Assembly (NCBI GenBank): GCA_002501805.1
Contig: DAOI01000011.1
Coordinates: 7,641 to 71,640, forward strand
DNA: 64,000 bases
DNA from: Euryarchaeota archaeon UBA463
GTDB lineage: Archaea > Thermoplasmatota > Poseidoniia > Poseidoniales > Thalassarchaeaceae
Direction: 5' to 3'
This document shows, in pieces, positions 1 to 11,000 of the stretch. The position numbers were made by a program, and so were the translations under genes. Positions within the stretch are counted from its first letter, which is position 1; each line of letters starts with the position of its first letter. The notes beneath the pieces were generated by a model. The model ran no database searches and was not told the origin of the DNA. It was given only the letters and a program-made list of their open reading frames with translations.

Positions 1-518
1 ATGGCTCAATTTCAGAGCCCGAAGAAGAGCTGGATTTGATAGCGGCTGGAAAGGAAGCTCAGGAGATAATGGAGAATACAGAAAATTCTCCAGAAGTTGA
101 TGCCAACATATCTATCGAGTGGTACAATAAAGGTATCAATCTATTAGCTGAAGAGAGAGGATCTGAGGCCCTGAGTTCCTTTGAAAAGGCGATAGGTGGG
201 GCTCCCAAGGAAGAGCTAGAGCTTCGTGTCAAAGCACAAGCTGGCAGGGGTCATGCTCTGTATCAAATGGGTAAATACGGAGACAGCATTAGGTCCTATC
301 ATACTGCCATATCAATGAATCCCGAGGGAGTTAGTGGGAAACTTCTCTACAATATGGGTTCTTCATACGCTTCCCTAGAGCTCTTTCAGGATGCAGTTAA
401 GTGTTTTATCCAAGCAATAGATAGAGGCCTAGATGATAATGATAGGGCACTCTGTAAAAAACAGCTCAGCAGGTGTAAGATTTTGGCTAAAGAGCAGGCT
501 AGAAGAGCTAGTCGATAA
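1..518 (+). CDS. TPR-repeat protein (5' end probably outside window)
   Basis: This frame is open from the window edge, with no stop before the TTG at 36. The translation has TPR-like helical repeats (WYNKGINLLAEERGSEALSSFEKAI; GHALYQMGKYGDSIRSYHTAISMNP; LYNMGSSYASLELFQDAVKCFIQAI). Confidence 0.5.
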   Translation, partial: GSISEPEEELDLIAAGKEAQEIMENTENSPEVDANISIEWYNKGINLLAEERGSEALSSFEKAIGGAPKEELELRVKAQAGRGHALYQMGKYGDSIRSYHTAISMNPEGVSGKLLYNMGSSYASLELFQDAVKCFIQAIDRGLDDNDRALCKKQLSRCKILAKEQARRASR

Positions 519-1317
519 TAACTCTACTAGGGCAACTATACACTGAAGCAACCTCATTTTTAACAAATCCAATCAATGTCATTCCATGCTCCATTGACAT
601 CTCCACAGCCATAGAACTTGGTGCACCAACAGCAATAAAAATTGGTATACCGCACCTTATTGCTTTGTAAGTTAATTCAAAGGAAGCCCTACCAGATACT
701 ACCAGAAAACCATCATTAATTGGAATTTTATTATCCATTAGGAAAGTGCCCATTAGCTTGTCAAGTGCGTTATGCCTACCTACATCTTCAGAGATTGAGA
801 TGAGATTTCCATTGTAGTCGATAATTGCAGCTGCATGAGAGCCCCCCGTTCTAGAAAAGAGCTCTTGCTTACTTCTGAGCAAATTTACTGATTGAGAGAT
901 TGAAGAGGATTGGATCTTCTTGTCGTTAGGTAAGACGGGCGCGTTTACTCGAATAAGAGATGAAACAGAGCCCCGTCCACACAATCCACAAGCAGAAGAA
1001 ACAGATGTCTTTCTGATATGCTCAGCCGAGTCAAAAGCACATTCATCAGCGATTTTTACTACAAAATCATCATTATTGAAATTAATTTCGACTATGTCAT
1101 CAGAGCTACTAATGACCCCCTCGCAATAAAGAAAACCATATACCAGTTCTATATCATTTCCAGGAGTTCTCATTAGAATGCCGAGTGAGTGTTCTTCGCC
1201 CAAATGTATCACTTTGATGGTCATGGCACGTTCTATTGCGACCTCGTCTGTTTCATGGGAATGAGTATCATCAGAAAACTTCTGAATATCGACCTCAATT
1301 ATTTTGTCCATGCTCAT
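508..1317 (-). CDS. fdhD: FdhD-family sulfurtransferase (formate dehydrogenase / Mo-bisPGD enzyme accessory protein)
   Basis: 269 aa with FdhD hallmarks: the cysteine loop SSACGLCGRGS, GGSHAAA and DVGRHNALDKLMG. Confidence 0.85.
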   Translation of the reverse strand: MSMDKIIEVDIQKFSDDTHSHETDEVAIERAMTIKVIHLGEEHSLGILMRTPGNDIELVYGFLYCEGVISSSDDIVEINFNNDDFVVKIADECAFDSAEHIRKTSVSSACGLCGRGSVSSLIRVNAPVLPNDKKIQSSSISQSVNLLRSKQELFSRTGGSHAAAIIDYNGNLISISEDVGRHNALDKLMGTFLMDNKIPINDGFLVVSGRASFELTYKAIRCGIPIFIAVGAPSSMAVEMSMEHGMTLIGFVKNEVASVYSCPSRVIID

Positions 1318-1341
1318 CGTGCCCTATTCAAGTATTCATAG

Positions 1342-1779
1342 ATGACGATGGTTGTCGCAACTGTTCAAATACAGCGAGTGTTAGCGAGGCACATGGGCAT
1401 CCTAGGGGGTGAAGGCTTCTCGCTACCCGTTGTTTCCAAAGTCGATGTGGTCGATGTCAGTATTGAGCTTACTGAAACCGCTAAGGCCGCACTGTCTGCT
1501 TCTATGTCCGGTGAAGAGGATACTCACGTTCTACTGATCAGTGCGCAATCAGGAGGATGTTCTGGCTTTATGTACGATATGGCAATTGTGGAGGAACCAG
1601 ATAACTCCGGCTTTCAAAAAATTCAATTCGAGGGGATCAGGATTTTCATCCATGATAAAGATAGTACGATGCTAAATGGAATCCGTGTCGATTACAAGGA
1701 CTCATTGATGGGGGGAGGGTTCCAAATAGAGAACCCAAATGCTAGCAAGTCGTGTGGTTGTGGCCAATCCTTCAGTTGA
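1342..1779 (+). CDS. A-type Fe-S cluster carrier (HesB/IscA/ErpA family)
   Basis: Cysteine triad CSGF ... NPNASKSCGCGQSF at the C-terminus, typical of the IscA/HesB family. Family members are about 110 aa, so the real start may be downstream (for example the Met at 1393). Confidence 0.8.
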   Translation: MTMVVATVQIQRVLARHMGILGGEGFSLPVVSKVDVVDVSIELTETAKAALSASMSGEEDTHVLLISAQSGGCSGFMYDMAIVEEPDNSGFQKIQFEGIRIFIHDKDSTMLNGIRVDYKDSLMGGGFQIENPNASKSCGCGQSFS

Positions 1780-1783
1780 TACA

Positions 1784-2686
1784 ATGAGTACTGCCTCAGA
1801 AAATTCTGCTCAGATTTATCTAGTGAAATCTAGTATATCAGTTATGGAAGGTTTAGAATGTGTAAACCATTTGAATAATATCCTATCAACCGATATAACC
1901 TCATTAGATAAAGGCATGAGGATGGATGGATTAATCTGTGATTCCAATGGCAGAGTTACAGATATAGTAAATTGCTACCATATGGGGCAGAGTATATTGA
2001 TCGTTGGAATAGATTCCAATACAGACAGTACTAGAGAATTACTTACGAAGGGAATACCCTGGAATCAAAATCTGTCATTATTAGATGGAAATGGAGTATT
2101 GGAACATCTCAGAATAATTGGTCGTCACCCGTCTTCTTTAGTAGAGAGTCTTTATCCAGAATTATCTGAATTATCTGAACATAAATATTCAGAATTTGAA
2201 AACGTAGTATTCTCGAAATTTATGCACAATGAGCATGAAATAATTGATTTAATTGTAAGGAGTGATAATACCGATTTCTATGGCAGGTTAGAAAGGCATG
2301 ATTACAAAATTTCTAAATTAGAAGACTGGGAGTTTGCAAGAATAACAGTTGGATACCCAGGATCTAATGAGGCCAACACTAAATTTCTGCCACATGATAT
2401 AGGAATGATAAATCTGATTTCTCTCAACAAGGGGTGTTATCCGGGACAGGAAATACATGCAAGGCTGGATAGTAGAAGTAAGCCAAAGAAAAGGATGGTT
2501 GTATTGGCCACAGGTGATGCCCTAGAGATCGGCAAGCATTCTTTATCGGATGGCAACAGTGTCAATGTAACTTCAAAAGCGCTTAGAGATGGTTTACATT
2601 TGTCAATGGGGATATGTTCTGTAGACGTGTCAAATGATGCGACACTAGTAAACTGTAATGGATATTCGAAGCTTACTTTAATTTGA
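1784..2686 (+). CDS. YgfZ/Iba57-like folate-binding protein (GcvT fold) involved in Fe-S protein maturation
   Basis: Carries the KGCYPGQE signature of YgfZ. The ATG at 1784 lies 4 nt after the upstream stop. The ORF-track start at 1739 would overlap the IscA-like gene. Confidence 0.7.
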   Translation: MSTASENSAQIYLVKSSISVMEGLECVNHLNNILSTDITSLDKGMRMDGLICDSNGRVTDIVNCYHMGQSILIVGIDSNTDSTRELLTKGIPWNQNLSLLDGNGVLEHLRIIGRHPSSLVESLYPELSELSEHKYSEFENVVFSKFMHNEHEIIDLIVRSDNTDFYGRLERHDYKISKLEDWEFARITVGYPGSNEANTKFLPHDIGMINLISLNKGCYPGQEIHARLDSRSKPKKRMVVLATGDALEIGKHSLSDGNSVNVTSKALRDGLHLSMGICSVDVSNDATLVNCNGYSKLTLI

Positions 2687-2688
2687 TT

Positions 2689-3783
2689 CTAATTATCGAA
2701 TAAGTCGGAATCTACAAGTGTGATCTCCTCATTATTTTCTATCCATTCACGCATTGTCATTAGTGGTGAAATTCTAAGTGTGCCTAGGTGCCTGGTGAAT
2801 AAATATACCATGGGATCATGTCTTTCTACAATCTGCATTTGGAAAAGTGACTTTATCCTATCACTACGTGATTCGAAGAATGCAAATTCAACAGCTACTC
2901 CAATTATTGTAGCAGTGTACAGAACTAATAGTACGGAGATTGAGAATACTACGGGGTCTCCAAGCAAGTCTCCAGATCTTAACTGGCTTCCGTATATTAG
3001 TTGTCTAGAAAGAAGGAAAATTAGGCCAATGCCGACGGAAGGACCCAGTGCATCATCCACAAGAGAGTGCATTGGTATTAGCCTTCTTTTAGTTGGATCG
3101 GCGAAAACTAGTGATGTCATTGTTGCGGCCCTAATGACAGAGATTACTGAAACTAAAAAGATGTAGAACGCGGCACTCAAAACCATAACTTGCCTAGGCT
3201 CTATGGGTAGATATAGTACAATTAGAAATGCGAAAATTCCCAAGAAGACGGTGATAGGCATTCTATGTGTTGAGTCTAGAACCCTGTCTAGAGTTCCTGT
3301 GCCATCATCAAGTCTAGGTATTCCGATAATTTCCCACCTAGTTACTCTCCTGATGATATTAGCAACATAAGAAAGAAGTCCCTTGTCTATTAGTATCCAT
3401 TCTATTGGTCTGAACATCGGTAAGAGAATAATAGTGACAAAGAAGGCGAAAATTCCAAGCAGAGGGGAGAAAATCAGAGCTGGTAAAAGAAGAAAGTGCT
3501 GGGGTCCCAACGGCCTCAATAAATCGGACTCAATCCTAGATTGCCTTTCCTTGTTGATGAGGAGCCTCCTCGCCTCTGAATCCAATTCAGTTCTGTATCT
3601 TTTTATCGGTATTCCCGAATCTAGTACCCGACGAACCTTCTCTCTGTAGTGCTCGTGCTCGGGCTCCATTCCTACCCACCACTTCCATCCAAATCTAAGA
3701 GGAAGGGTGAGGAGAACGGGGAGAAGTAGTATGAGGAGGCCTGTTGCTAGCCCTTCGACCGGTTCAGCCACGGCACATGGCAA
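2689..3783 (-). CDS. polytopic membrane protein, unknown function
   Basis: 364-aa ORF with at least 7 hydrophobic helices (for example LLILLLPVLLTLPL, IFAFFVTIILLPMF, VFLGIFAFLIVLYL). I recognised no motif. The antisense ORFs 2720..3166 and 3383..3649 look spurious. Confidence 0.5.
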   Translation of the reverse strand: MPCAVAEPVEGLATGLLILLLPVLLTLPLRFGWKWWVGMEPEHEHYREKVRRVLDSGIPIKRYRTELDSEARRLLINKERQSRIESDLLRPLGPQHFLLLPALIFSPLLGIFAFFVTIILLPMFRPIEWILIDKGLLSYVANIIRRVTRWEIIGIPRLDDGTGTLDRVLDSTHRMPITVFLGIFAFLIVLYLPIEPRQVMVLSAAFYIFLVSVISVIRAATMTSLVFADPTKRRLIPMHSLVDDALGPSVGIGLIFLLSRQLIYGSQLRSGDLLGDPVVFSISVLLVLYTATIIGVAVEFAFFESRSDRIKSLFQMQIVERHDPMVYLFTRHLGTLRISPLMTMREWIENNEEITLVDSDLFDN

Positions 3784-3845
3784 GAATGCCTCCCTTAGAA
3801 GAAACCGGTGTTGTTACCGATAAAATGTAGTTAATGAAGTCATTA

Positions 3846-4448
3846 TCAATTAGCCGAATTATACAGATTGGCTACAGATGGCCAGTCAACCACATTCCAC
3901 CACGCATTGATGTAATCGCCTCTTCCTGGGCCGAACTTCTTGTAATATGCGTGTTCCCATACATCCAGACCCAATATTGGTTGGCCACCGCAACCACCTT
4001 CCATTAGTGGGTTATCTTGATTTGGGGTTGAGCAAATGCACAACTTTCCACCATCCTTCACACAAAGCCATGCCCAACCACTACCGAATCTTGTCATTGC
4101 GGCATTAGCGAATAATTGTTGGAATGCCTCGAAAGAGCCGAACTCATCATCGATAGCTGAGGCAAGATCACCTTCTGGTCGACCTCCCCCATTAGGGCAC
4201 ATAACTGTCCAGAAAAGCCTGTGATTCCAGAACCCTCCTCCATTATTCCTGACAGATGGATTGTCACTATGATTTGCGAGAAGTTCCTCTATGGACAAAT
4301 CCTCCATTTCAGTACCCTTAATGGCTGCATTAAGCTTTGAGGTATAACCCGCATGGTGCTTGCTATGATGAATTTCCATAGTAAGAGAATCAATGTGTGG
4401 CTCTAGTGCATCGTAGTCGTAAGATAATTCAGGTAGCTGAAATGTCAT
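3846..4448 (-). CDS. sod: Fe/Mn superoxide dismutase
   Basis: [32 protein letters not shown] and the DVWEHAYY ligand motifs. I moved the start to the Met at 4448. The ORF-track start at 4595 adds 49 non-homologous residues and overlaps the divergent gene. Confidence 0.9.
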   Translation of the reverse strand: MTFQLPELSYDYDALEPHIDSLTMEIHHSKHHAGYTSKLNAAIKGTEMEDLSIEELLANHSDNPSVRNNGGGFWNHRLFWTVMCPNGGGRPEGDLASAIDDEFGSFEAFQQLFANAAMTRFGSGWAWLCVKDGGKLCICSTPNQDNPLMEGGCGGQPILGLDVWEHAYYKKFGPGRGDYINAWWNVVDWPSVANLYNSAN

Positions 4449-4529
4449 GTTATCATATGACCGAAGAGGCGGTATGATATCAATACTACTTCTGGTAAAC
4501 TTCATCTTAACTATCGCACTCGGGTATCT

Positions 4530-5498
4530 ATGAGGATAGCTGTTACCGATGGAATAGATGTCAATGCGAAGAAGCATCTGGAAGAATTTGGACATACGGT
4601 TTCAGAGAAACACTACAGTAACGAAGAATTGATTGGTGGCTGTATTAGTGAATATGATATTGTCGTAATCAGAAGTGCAACAAAATTGACTGCGGACGTG
4701 ATAAAGGCCAATACTGCAAAAGACAGCAAGCTTTCCTTGATAATTAGAGCTGGTGTCGGTGTGGATAACATCGATTTACCTTCTGCCTCGGAGAATTCAG
4801 TGCTAGTTTGTAATACTCCAAGCGCATCTACTAATGCAGTTGTTGAGCTGACCATTGGACATCTGATTTCTAGTTGCAGGAATATTTCTAAAGGAGATAG
4901 AAAAATGAGGAATGGCGTGTGGGCTAAGAAAGGGTTGCGCGGTTCAGAGTTGCGTGGTAAGAACCTAGGGCTCTTGGGGTATGGAAGAATAGCCAGAGGA
5001 GTGGCAGATATTGCAAGATCTATAGGGATGAAAATTCATGCATATGACCCCTATGTCAAATCCGATCAAAATGGTTGTATGTTTCATGATTCAGTAGAGT
5101 CATTGTTCAGTTCTTGTACTCATGTATCCATACATTGCTTCCTATCTGATGAAACAAGGCATCTAGTAGATTACGATATGATATCCCTGATGCCTCAAAA
5201 GGGAGAAGATGGCATTCAATGTGGTAATCACATAGTGAATTGCGCACGGGGGGGAATCATCGACGAGGAGGGTATATTCCGCGCAATTAGTAATGGTCAA
5301 CTCACCACAGCATCTTTGGATGTCTTTGAGGTAGAGCCCGCGCTAAAATCTAATTTACTGCAATTAGATGGTTTCCAAGCAACTCCACACATAGGGGCTT
5401 CTACTAATGAGGCACAAAGTCGCATTGGGCATGAGATAGTTTCAATTGTACAATCTCATAGTAAAGGAGAGACTCCTGACTCATGCTTAAACAGATAA
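4530..5498 (+). CDS. D-isomer-specific 2-hydroxyacid dehydrogenase (phosphoglycerate dehydrogenase-like, no ACT domain)
   Basis: NAD-binding glycine motif [14 protein letters not shown], then NCARGGIID and TPHIGAST with the catalytic His. 322 aa. Confidence 0.7.
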   Translation: MRIAVTDGIDVNAKKHLEEFGHTVSEKHYSNEELIGGCISEYDIVVIRSATKLTADVIKANTAKDSKLSLIIRAGVGVDNIDLPSASENSVLVCNTPSASTNAVVELTIGHLISSCRNISKGDRKMRNGVWAKKGLRGSELRGKNLGLLGYGRIARGVADIARSIGMKIHAYDPYVKSDQNGCMFHDSVESLFSSCTHVSIHCFLSDETRHLVDYDMISLMPQKGEDGIQCGNHIVNCARGGIIDEEGIFRAISNGQLTTASLDVFEVEPALKSNLLQLDGFQATPHIGASTNEAQSRIGHEIVSIVQSHSKGETPDSCLNR

Positions 5499-5506
5499 TT
5501 GCATAA

Positions 5507-7984
5507 TTACTTGACAATGCTGTGCATTGTAGTGAGGGATGTTTGTAAATCAACTAAACTAGAAGGTACCTCAACGTCAGAAATTTCCGATTTCAGAGAT
5601 AGGCCTCGATCTTTCTTCATCTTCCAAATTCTAGAGTTGAAATCAATTAAATCGTCTGTTATAGAAAGATATGGTGCAACATCGACGATTTCCGTTACTG
5701 CTAGACTAGGGAATTTTCTGATATCCACGGCGCTGTGTTCGTAGAGAGTAGTTGAAAGATAATCTGTGAAAAATGGACATACGGGAGAAAATACCGTCAA
5801 TATATCTCTTACAATTCTATGCAACGTCCAAGTTGCGGAAATATCCCCATCATACAATCTAGACTTGGACATCTCGAGCCAATGACCGGGGAATATTCCG
5901 GTAGAGAATGCTTTAATCGACTGTGTAGCACTGTAGATATCCATCTTTTCCCATGAATTTCTTACACTCTGCATCATTTCATCGAATTCCGATAATATCC
6001 ATAAGTCCTCAAAAGCCAAATCATTTGGTGACGAATCAAGAGACTTAGGAACTTCAAATTGACTAGCTAATCTTGCTATATTGAACATTTTTGTCAACAC
6101 ACCGAAATACTTCGACTCTATTTCTTCTGGATTGATATGGAAATCGTCTCCAACCTGGGCGTCACATGCCTTCCAAAGTCTGAAACACTCACTACCAATT
6201 TTGTTAGCCTTGAGTGAAACCTGCTTACCTTCTGGGCCTTTGATCTTCCATGATCCAGTACGTCCCCCTGCTCCACATTCCAAAACAGAGTCAGCATCAA
6301 TTCCATTTCCTAGAGACTTTGACATCTTTCTTCCCCATGGATCCATTCCTAGCCCATCTATCCAGACGCTTTCAAAGGCCGGCTTGTCGAACAATAATGC
6401 ACTCTTGAGCATGGTATAATATAGCCATGTTCTAACAATTTCTTTACCCTGTGGCCTCAACGCTGTTGGGAATGCCCTTTCAAACATGTCCGGGTTACTG
6501 ATGTAACCACTAACATACAAGTTAGAGTTTGAGGAGTCCATCCACGTATCGAATACTTTGGTCTCACCCGATAGAGTTCCTAGTGAATCAGCAATTTCAT
6601 CATACAGGCCTATAAATTCCCTATTTACTCTGTCTAGAACCTCGGAGCCTTTCGGAGGAGAATCTCTCCATGGCTGAACATAAGATCCGTTAGGAGGAAC
6701 AACAACCTTAGAGGCATCTTCTGAGTACCATATGGGAACCTCAGTATGGTACCACCTCCTCCTGCTTATGGGCCAGTCTATGGAAATACCTTCCATCCAA
6801 TCGAAAAGAAATTGCTTATTTCTCTCAGGAACGAAATTACACTGAGCAGTTATCTCCGATAGCCTGTCAATAACATGTGTTTGCCTAACATACCATTCTT
6901 TCAGTAGAATGATTTCCACGGGATTTCCCCCTCTCTCGCTAACTGGAATTTCTTGCATCCTTCTATTCGAGGACTGCATTTTCCCAGATTGCTCTAGAAT
7001 CTCTATTGCCTTGTTCCTAGCATCTAGGACATTCAAACCCTGTAAAGGACCTGAAATTTCTGTCAACTTTCCATCCAAATCGATGGCGACAAACGGCTTA
7101 AGTGAAAGCTCTCTAAATATTGAAACATCATTTTGATCTCCAAAAGAGCAGACCATCAATACTCCACTACCGAAATCTGACTTTACCGATGGATGGGTCA
7201 TTATCTCCACAGTATTCGATCTGCCGTTTACATCAATGGGCAATATCACTCTATTGCCAACCAAATGCTGATATCTCTCATCATCAGGATGAACCATTAC
7301 GACTCCACAGGCACAAATTAACTCTGGCCTGGTAGTAGATATCACAAGCTCTTCGCCATCTTCAGTTTTCCAGATTATGTCACATAGAAGTGTCTCTCTT
7401 GTAACTCTCTGAACCTCAGCATCCGCGATTGTTGTGCCCTCAACTGGATCGTAAATATTAGGCCTTAAGTCTTCAATAATATCTCCTCTCTTGAACAAAT
7501 CAACAAAGATCGATTGAGTTACTGACCTATATTCTGGATCATCTGTCAGATACTCATTTTGATAATCACAAGATAGTCCCACTCTTTTTGCAATATGCCT
7601 CATTTCTTGAGTATAGACTTCTATTGTGTCCTTACAAAGATCAATGAACTCCCCTCTCTCATACGTCCGCATTTTCTTTCCAGTTTTCTTCTCCACAGTA
7701 AACTCGATATTGATTCCATTCCTATCAACTCCCCATGGAAATAGCACCTCTTTACCGATTAATCTCTGGCTTCTAGCGATCACATCTATCATGCTATACT
7801 GAGCTACAGCTCCAATATGCCATGTTCCACTAGGATAGGGAGGAGGAGTATCTATTACGAAGAGCTCTTTTTCACTATTAGGATTGAAAGAATATCTAGA
7901 TGGATTGGAATCATAATGTGACTCTTGAATCCTTTTTTCTAGATCTATGGTCCACCTCTTATCGGTGATCTTTGGGTCTCCCAT
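5507..7984 (-). CDS. valS: class Ia aminoacyl-tRNA synthetase, most likely valyl-tRNA synthetase
   Basis: IDTPPPYPSGTWHIGAV (HIGH region), FPWGVDRNGINIE, TWMDSS and KMSKSLGNG. At 825 aa the size fits archaeal ValRS better than LeuRS or IleRS. The HIGH motif reads WHIGA rather than H-x-G-H. Confidence 0.65.
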   Translation of the reverse strand: MGDPKITDKRWTIDLEKRIQESHYDSNPSRYSFNPNSEKELFVIDTPPPYPSGTWHIGAVAQYSMIDVIARSQRLIGKEVLFPWGVDRNGINIEFTVEKKTGKKMRTYERGEFIDLCKDTIEVYTQEMRHIAKRVGLSCDYQNEYLTDDPEYRSVTQSIFVDLFKRGDIIEDLRPNIYDPVEGTTIADAEVQRVTRETLLCDIIWKTEDGEELVISTTRPELICACGVVMVHPDDERYQHLVGNRVILPIDVNGRSNTVEIMTHPSVKSDFGSGVLMVCSFGDQNDVSIFRELSLKPFVAIDLDGKLTEISGPLQGLNVLDARNKAIEILEQSGKMQSSNRRMQEIPVSERGGNPVEIILLKEWYVRQTHVIDRLSEITAQCNFVPERNKQFLFDWMEGISIDWPISRRRWYHTEVPIWYSEDASKVVVPPNGSYVQPWRDSPPKGSEVLDRVNREFIGLYDEIADSLGTLSGETKVFDTWMDSSNSNLYVSGYISNPDMFERAFPTALRPQGKEIVRTWLYYTMLKSALLFDKPAFESVWIDGLGMDPWGRKMSKSLGNGIDADSVLECGAGGRTGSWKIKGPEGKQVSLKANKIGSECFRLWKACDAQVGDDFHINPEEIESKYFGVLTKMFNIARLASQFEVPKSLDSSPNDLAFEDLWILSEFDEMMQSVRNSWEKMDIYSATQSIKAFSTGIFPGHWLEMSKSRLYDGDISATWTLHRIVRDILTVFSPVCPFFTDYLSTTLYEHSAVDIRKFPSLAVTEIVDVAPYLSITDDLIDFNSRIWKMKKDRGLSLKSEISDVEVPSSLVDLQTSLTTMHSIVK

Positions 7985-8079
7985 ATGGCAACTCTGTTAT
8001 GCGCCTGAGAACACTCATTATTCACTGTTGCCGAATTATTCAGAACCGATAATATTGCATTTGCGATTAACTAAACAGC

Positions 8080-11000
8080 GTGGGGTTGAAGTCCCTTCGG
8101 TACTCGCAGAGGTACGGTATCATGACAGAGCGGGATAAGGATTCTAGTTCCTCGTTGCCTGAAGTACTGGAGTCACTAGCACGTACCCCAGAAGATACCC
8201 TTACATATTTACGAGGCAAGGCATCAGATTTTGACTCTAAAAAAGTGCTGAGCTCCATAAGGAGGTCCCCTGTAACAATAAAGCGTGCCTTGGTAGACTC
8301 AACAGTAAGCGATCTTATTACGAAGGTGCCGGTTATTACTGTGATTTTATGTCTCACAGTCACAGCTTTATTGGGTAGACATTCTGGTATTCTCGACTGT
8401 AGAGATGGATTCGAAAATGACTATTGCGATGAAGAGGGAGCACTCAATGTCAATGGAGATATGGCAGTATACTTGCCTGTAGGCTCGGATGTACAGAGAG
8501 ACATAGAGAATGTTGAAACTAATTGGACAACTAATGTTATGGTAATTTATGTCGAATCTGAGAAGACTGGTGTTGATCAGTTGCCGATACTTAAACAGAT
8601 AGACAAAGTCGAGAGTGCCTTAAACACAGTCAGAGACGATAAGGGACAGGAGGATTTCGTGATTTACGTGCTATCTGTATCGACAGTGGTCAAGGAAGTA
8701 AATTCTAGTGGAGGAAGGGTAGTCAAGGCTTTCTTCTCCGGAATAGCTGAAGCCACAGGTAGTGACGAGTTCTCGCAGCAGGTTGATGATCTGGTAGATG
8801 AACAGTCGAATTTAATCGGTGACTACTCAATACCAGATGAGCAGGAGAGAGTTGATCAAATCCTAGGAGAGATGCCGCAAAACGCCCTAGACAAACTAGT
8901 AAGGGACGTGGGTAAGGGCAACACAGTAGAAGCTGGATACTGGAATAGAGCGGTTATCATCATTGGAATCAGTAGTAATCTGGATCTAAATGGAGATGGG
9001 GAAGACGACACTACAATTTCAAAAATTATAGAGGATACACAAGCAACAATCGACCTTATTTCAGAGGAAAATAACTGGATATGTAAAGACTCTAATGGCA
9101 ATGAAGTGGATCCTGAGTCTGACGAGGGTTCGGAAATTTGCGATGGTACTGAGCTAGGACTAAAGATGACTCTTACTGGCCCCGTACCACTCACTAACGC
9201 CATTACCGAGAAATCATTTCAGCTATTCTGGCAGGTATTCCCAGTTGGGGTAGTGATAGTAGCGTTCGGACTGTTCTTATTCCACTGTGATCTGTTACAG
9301 ACTGGAAGAATTAGATGGGTCCAAGGGGTCAAGACGCTAATTATATCCGGCCTACCTACATTATGTTCGGTATGGATAACTCTTGGTTTCATTGGTTATA
9401 CAGATTATGAAGTTACTATGACAGTGATTATCGTCGGGCCAATAGTTCTGGCTCTTGGCGTATCTTATGGATTACACATTACTAACCGTTATGCGGAAGC
9501 TAAAGGATCACCTAGGGAGAAGATGTCTGAAGCCATTAGCTCCACTGGGAGGGCGGTTCTTTTATCCGCACTAACTACGATTATTGGATTCATTTCCCTG
9601 GTATTTGTTCCGATGAAACCTATCCAAACCATAGGTTTCGCATTATCGGGCGGTATCGTTGTGGTATACCTGATGACTATGCTAATGGTGCCTAATCTAA
9701 CAATGATGCTGGACCTGAAGAAGCCCTCACATCCGCCTCCTAAAGTATTCCAAGGTGCTGTAGGTGTGCCAATTAAATGGACAAGGGTAACGCTAGTTAT
9801 TTTCATGATGGCAATGGTAATGTCTGCAGGTTACAATAGGCCCAATGTCGAAGAAAATATCGATTTACTAAAGATGGCACCTGCGGGAGTAGATGCTGTA
9901 GATAAAATGGGCATCTACTCTGAAGAATTTAATGCGGGACAACCAGGCTTCCTACTGATAGAGTCGGATATTTATGCAGATCCGGACCCTATACCGGAAG
10001 CTGGTGCTCAGAAAGATCCCTTTTCCAATCTTAAGGGTATTGAGCAGCTAGAAACAAAATGTAACTCTGTAGATAATACTACAGCTGTATCTATTGTTTT
10101 CCTGATGAAAGCAATAGGGGTAGGTGTGAATATATCGGGTACGCCAGTTAGTGACTTAGTACCAGATGATCTCGGGCCAATCAATGATGTAGCGGAACTA
10201 ATTTTCGATAGGGAGCAGACAGGAAATCTATCATTTTGGAGTGCTCTCAACTATCTCGACCTACAAGATACTGGTGGTGTGCAATCTCAGAATTTCTTAA
10301 TTTATGTATTCTATGAAAGTATGACGCTTGAGATGAGGGAATTATTTATTTCACCAGATTATGATAGGAGTCTGATATACATCGATATGCCTTTCATGGA
10401 TGTACAGAGTACCACTCTAGCAGTAGATGAAGTAAACCGCTACGCTGAAGAGGAGAAGGACGGGGCTGTAACATCAAGCACATTAATTGGAGTAGCTTCC
10501 ATAACAATAGAAGTTAACAATTTAATTGTAGACTCACAATGGTCATCTCTCGGGTTTGCACTATTATTCACAGTACTCACTCTAGCCTTAGTATTCAGAG
10601 ATGTCAGATATGCTATTCTGACGACACTTCCTGTAGGATTTACGGTAATGATGCAATGGCTAGCAATGGATGGACTCGATGTTGATCTTTCCCTAATTAC
10701 AGTGATGATTGGGTCCATTTTAGTAGGGGTAGGGGTTGACTTCTCAATACATATAGCTAACAGAATTAAGGAGCAGGGAGGTACAATTGAGGCCATACAG
10801 ACAGCATGTGCCAGTACTGGGTTAAGTCTGTTTGAAGCTACAACTGTTACTGCTGGTGGGCTAACATGTGCTTATCTAATTCCAATTGAAGCTATCAAGC
10901 CGTTTATCACTGTAATTATACTTCTACTGCTGGTTGCCGCGATATCAGCACTAATATTATTGCCGGCTATATTCACAGCTATGATAAAAGCGAATTTAGG

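Noticed and set aside
4449-4595. N-terminal extensions in the ORF track (SOD 4595, S3Ae 47976, topA 13905, mdh 31756, thyA 42785, ferredoxin 48322, L30e 59006)
   Set aside because: Homology-like N-termini begin at internal Met codons. The extensions overlap neighbouring genes or promoters and have no family resemblance, so I trimmed the starts.
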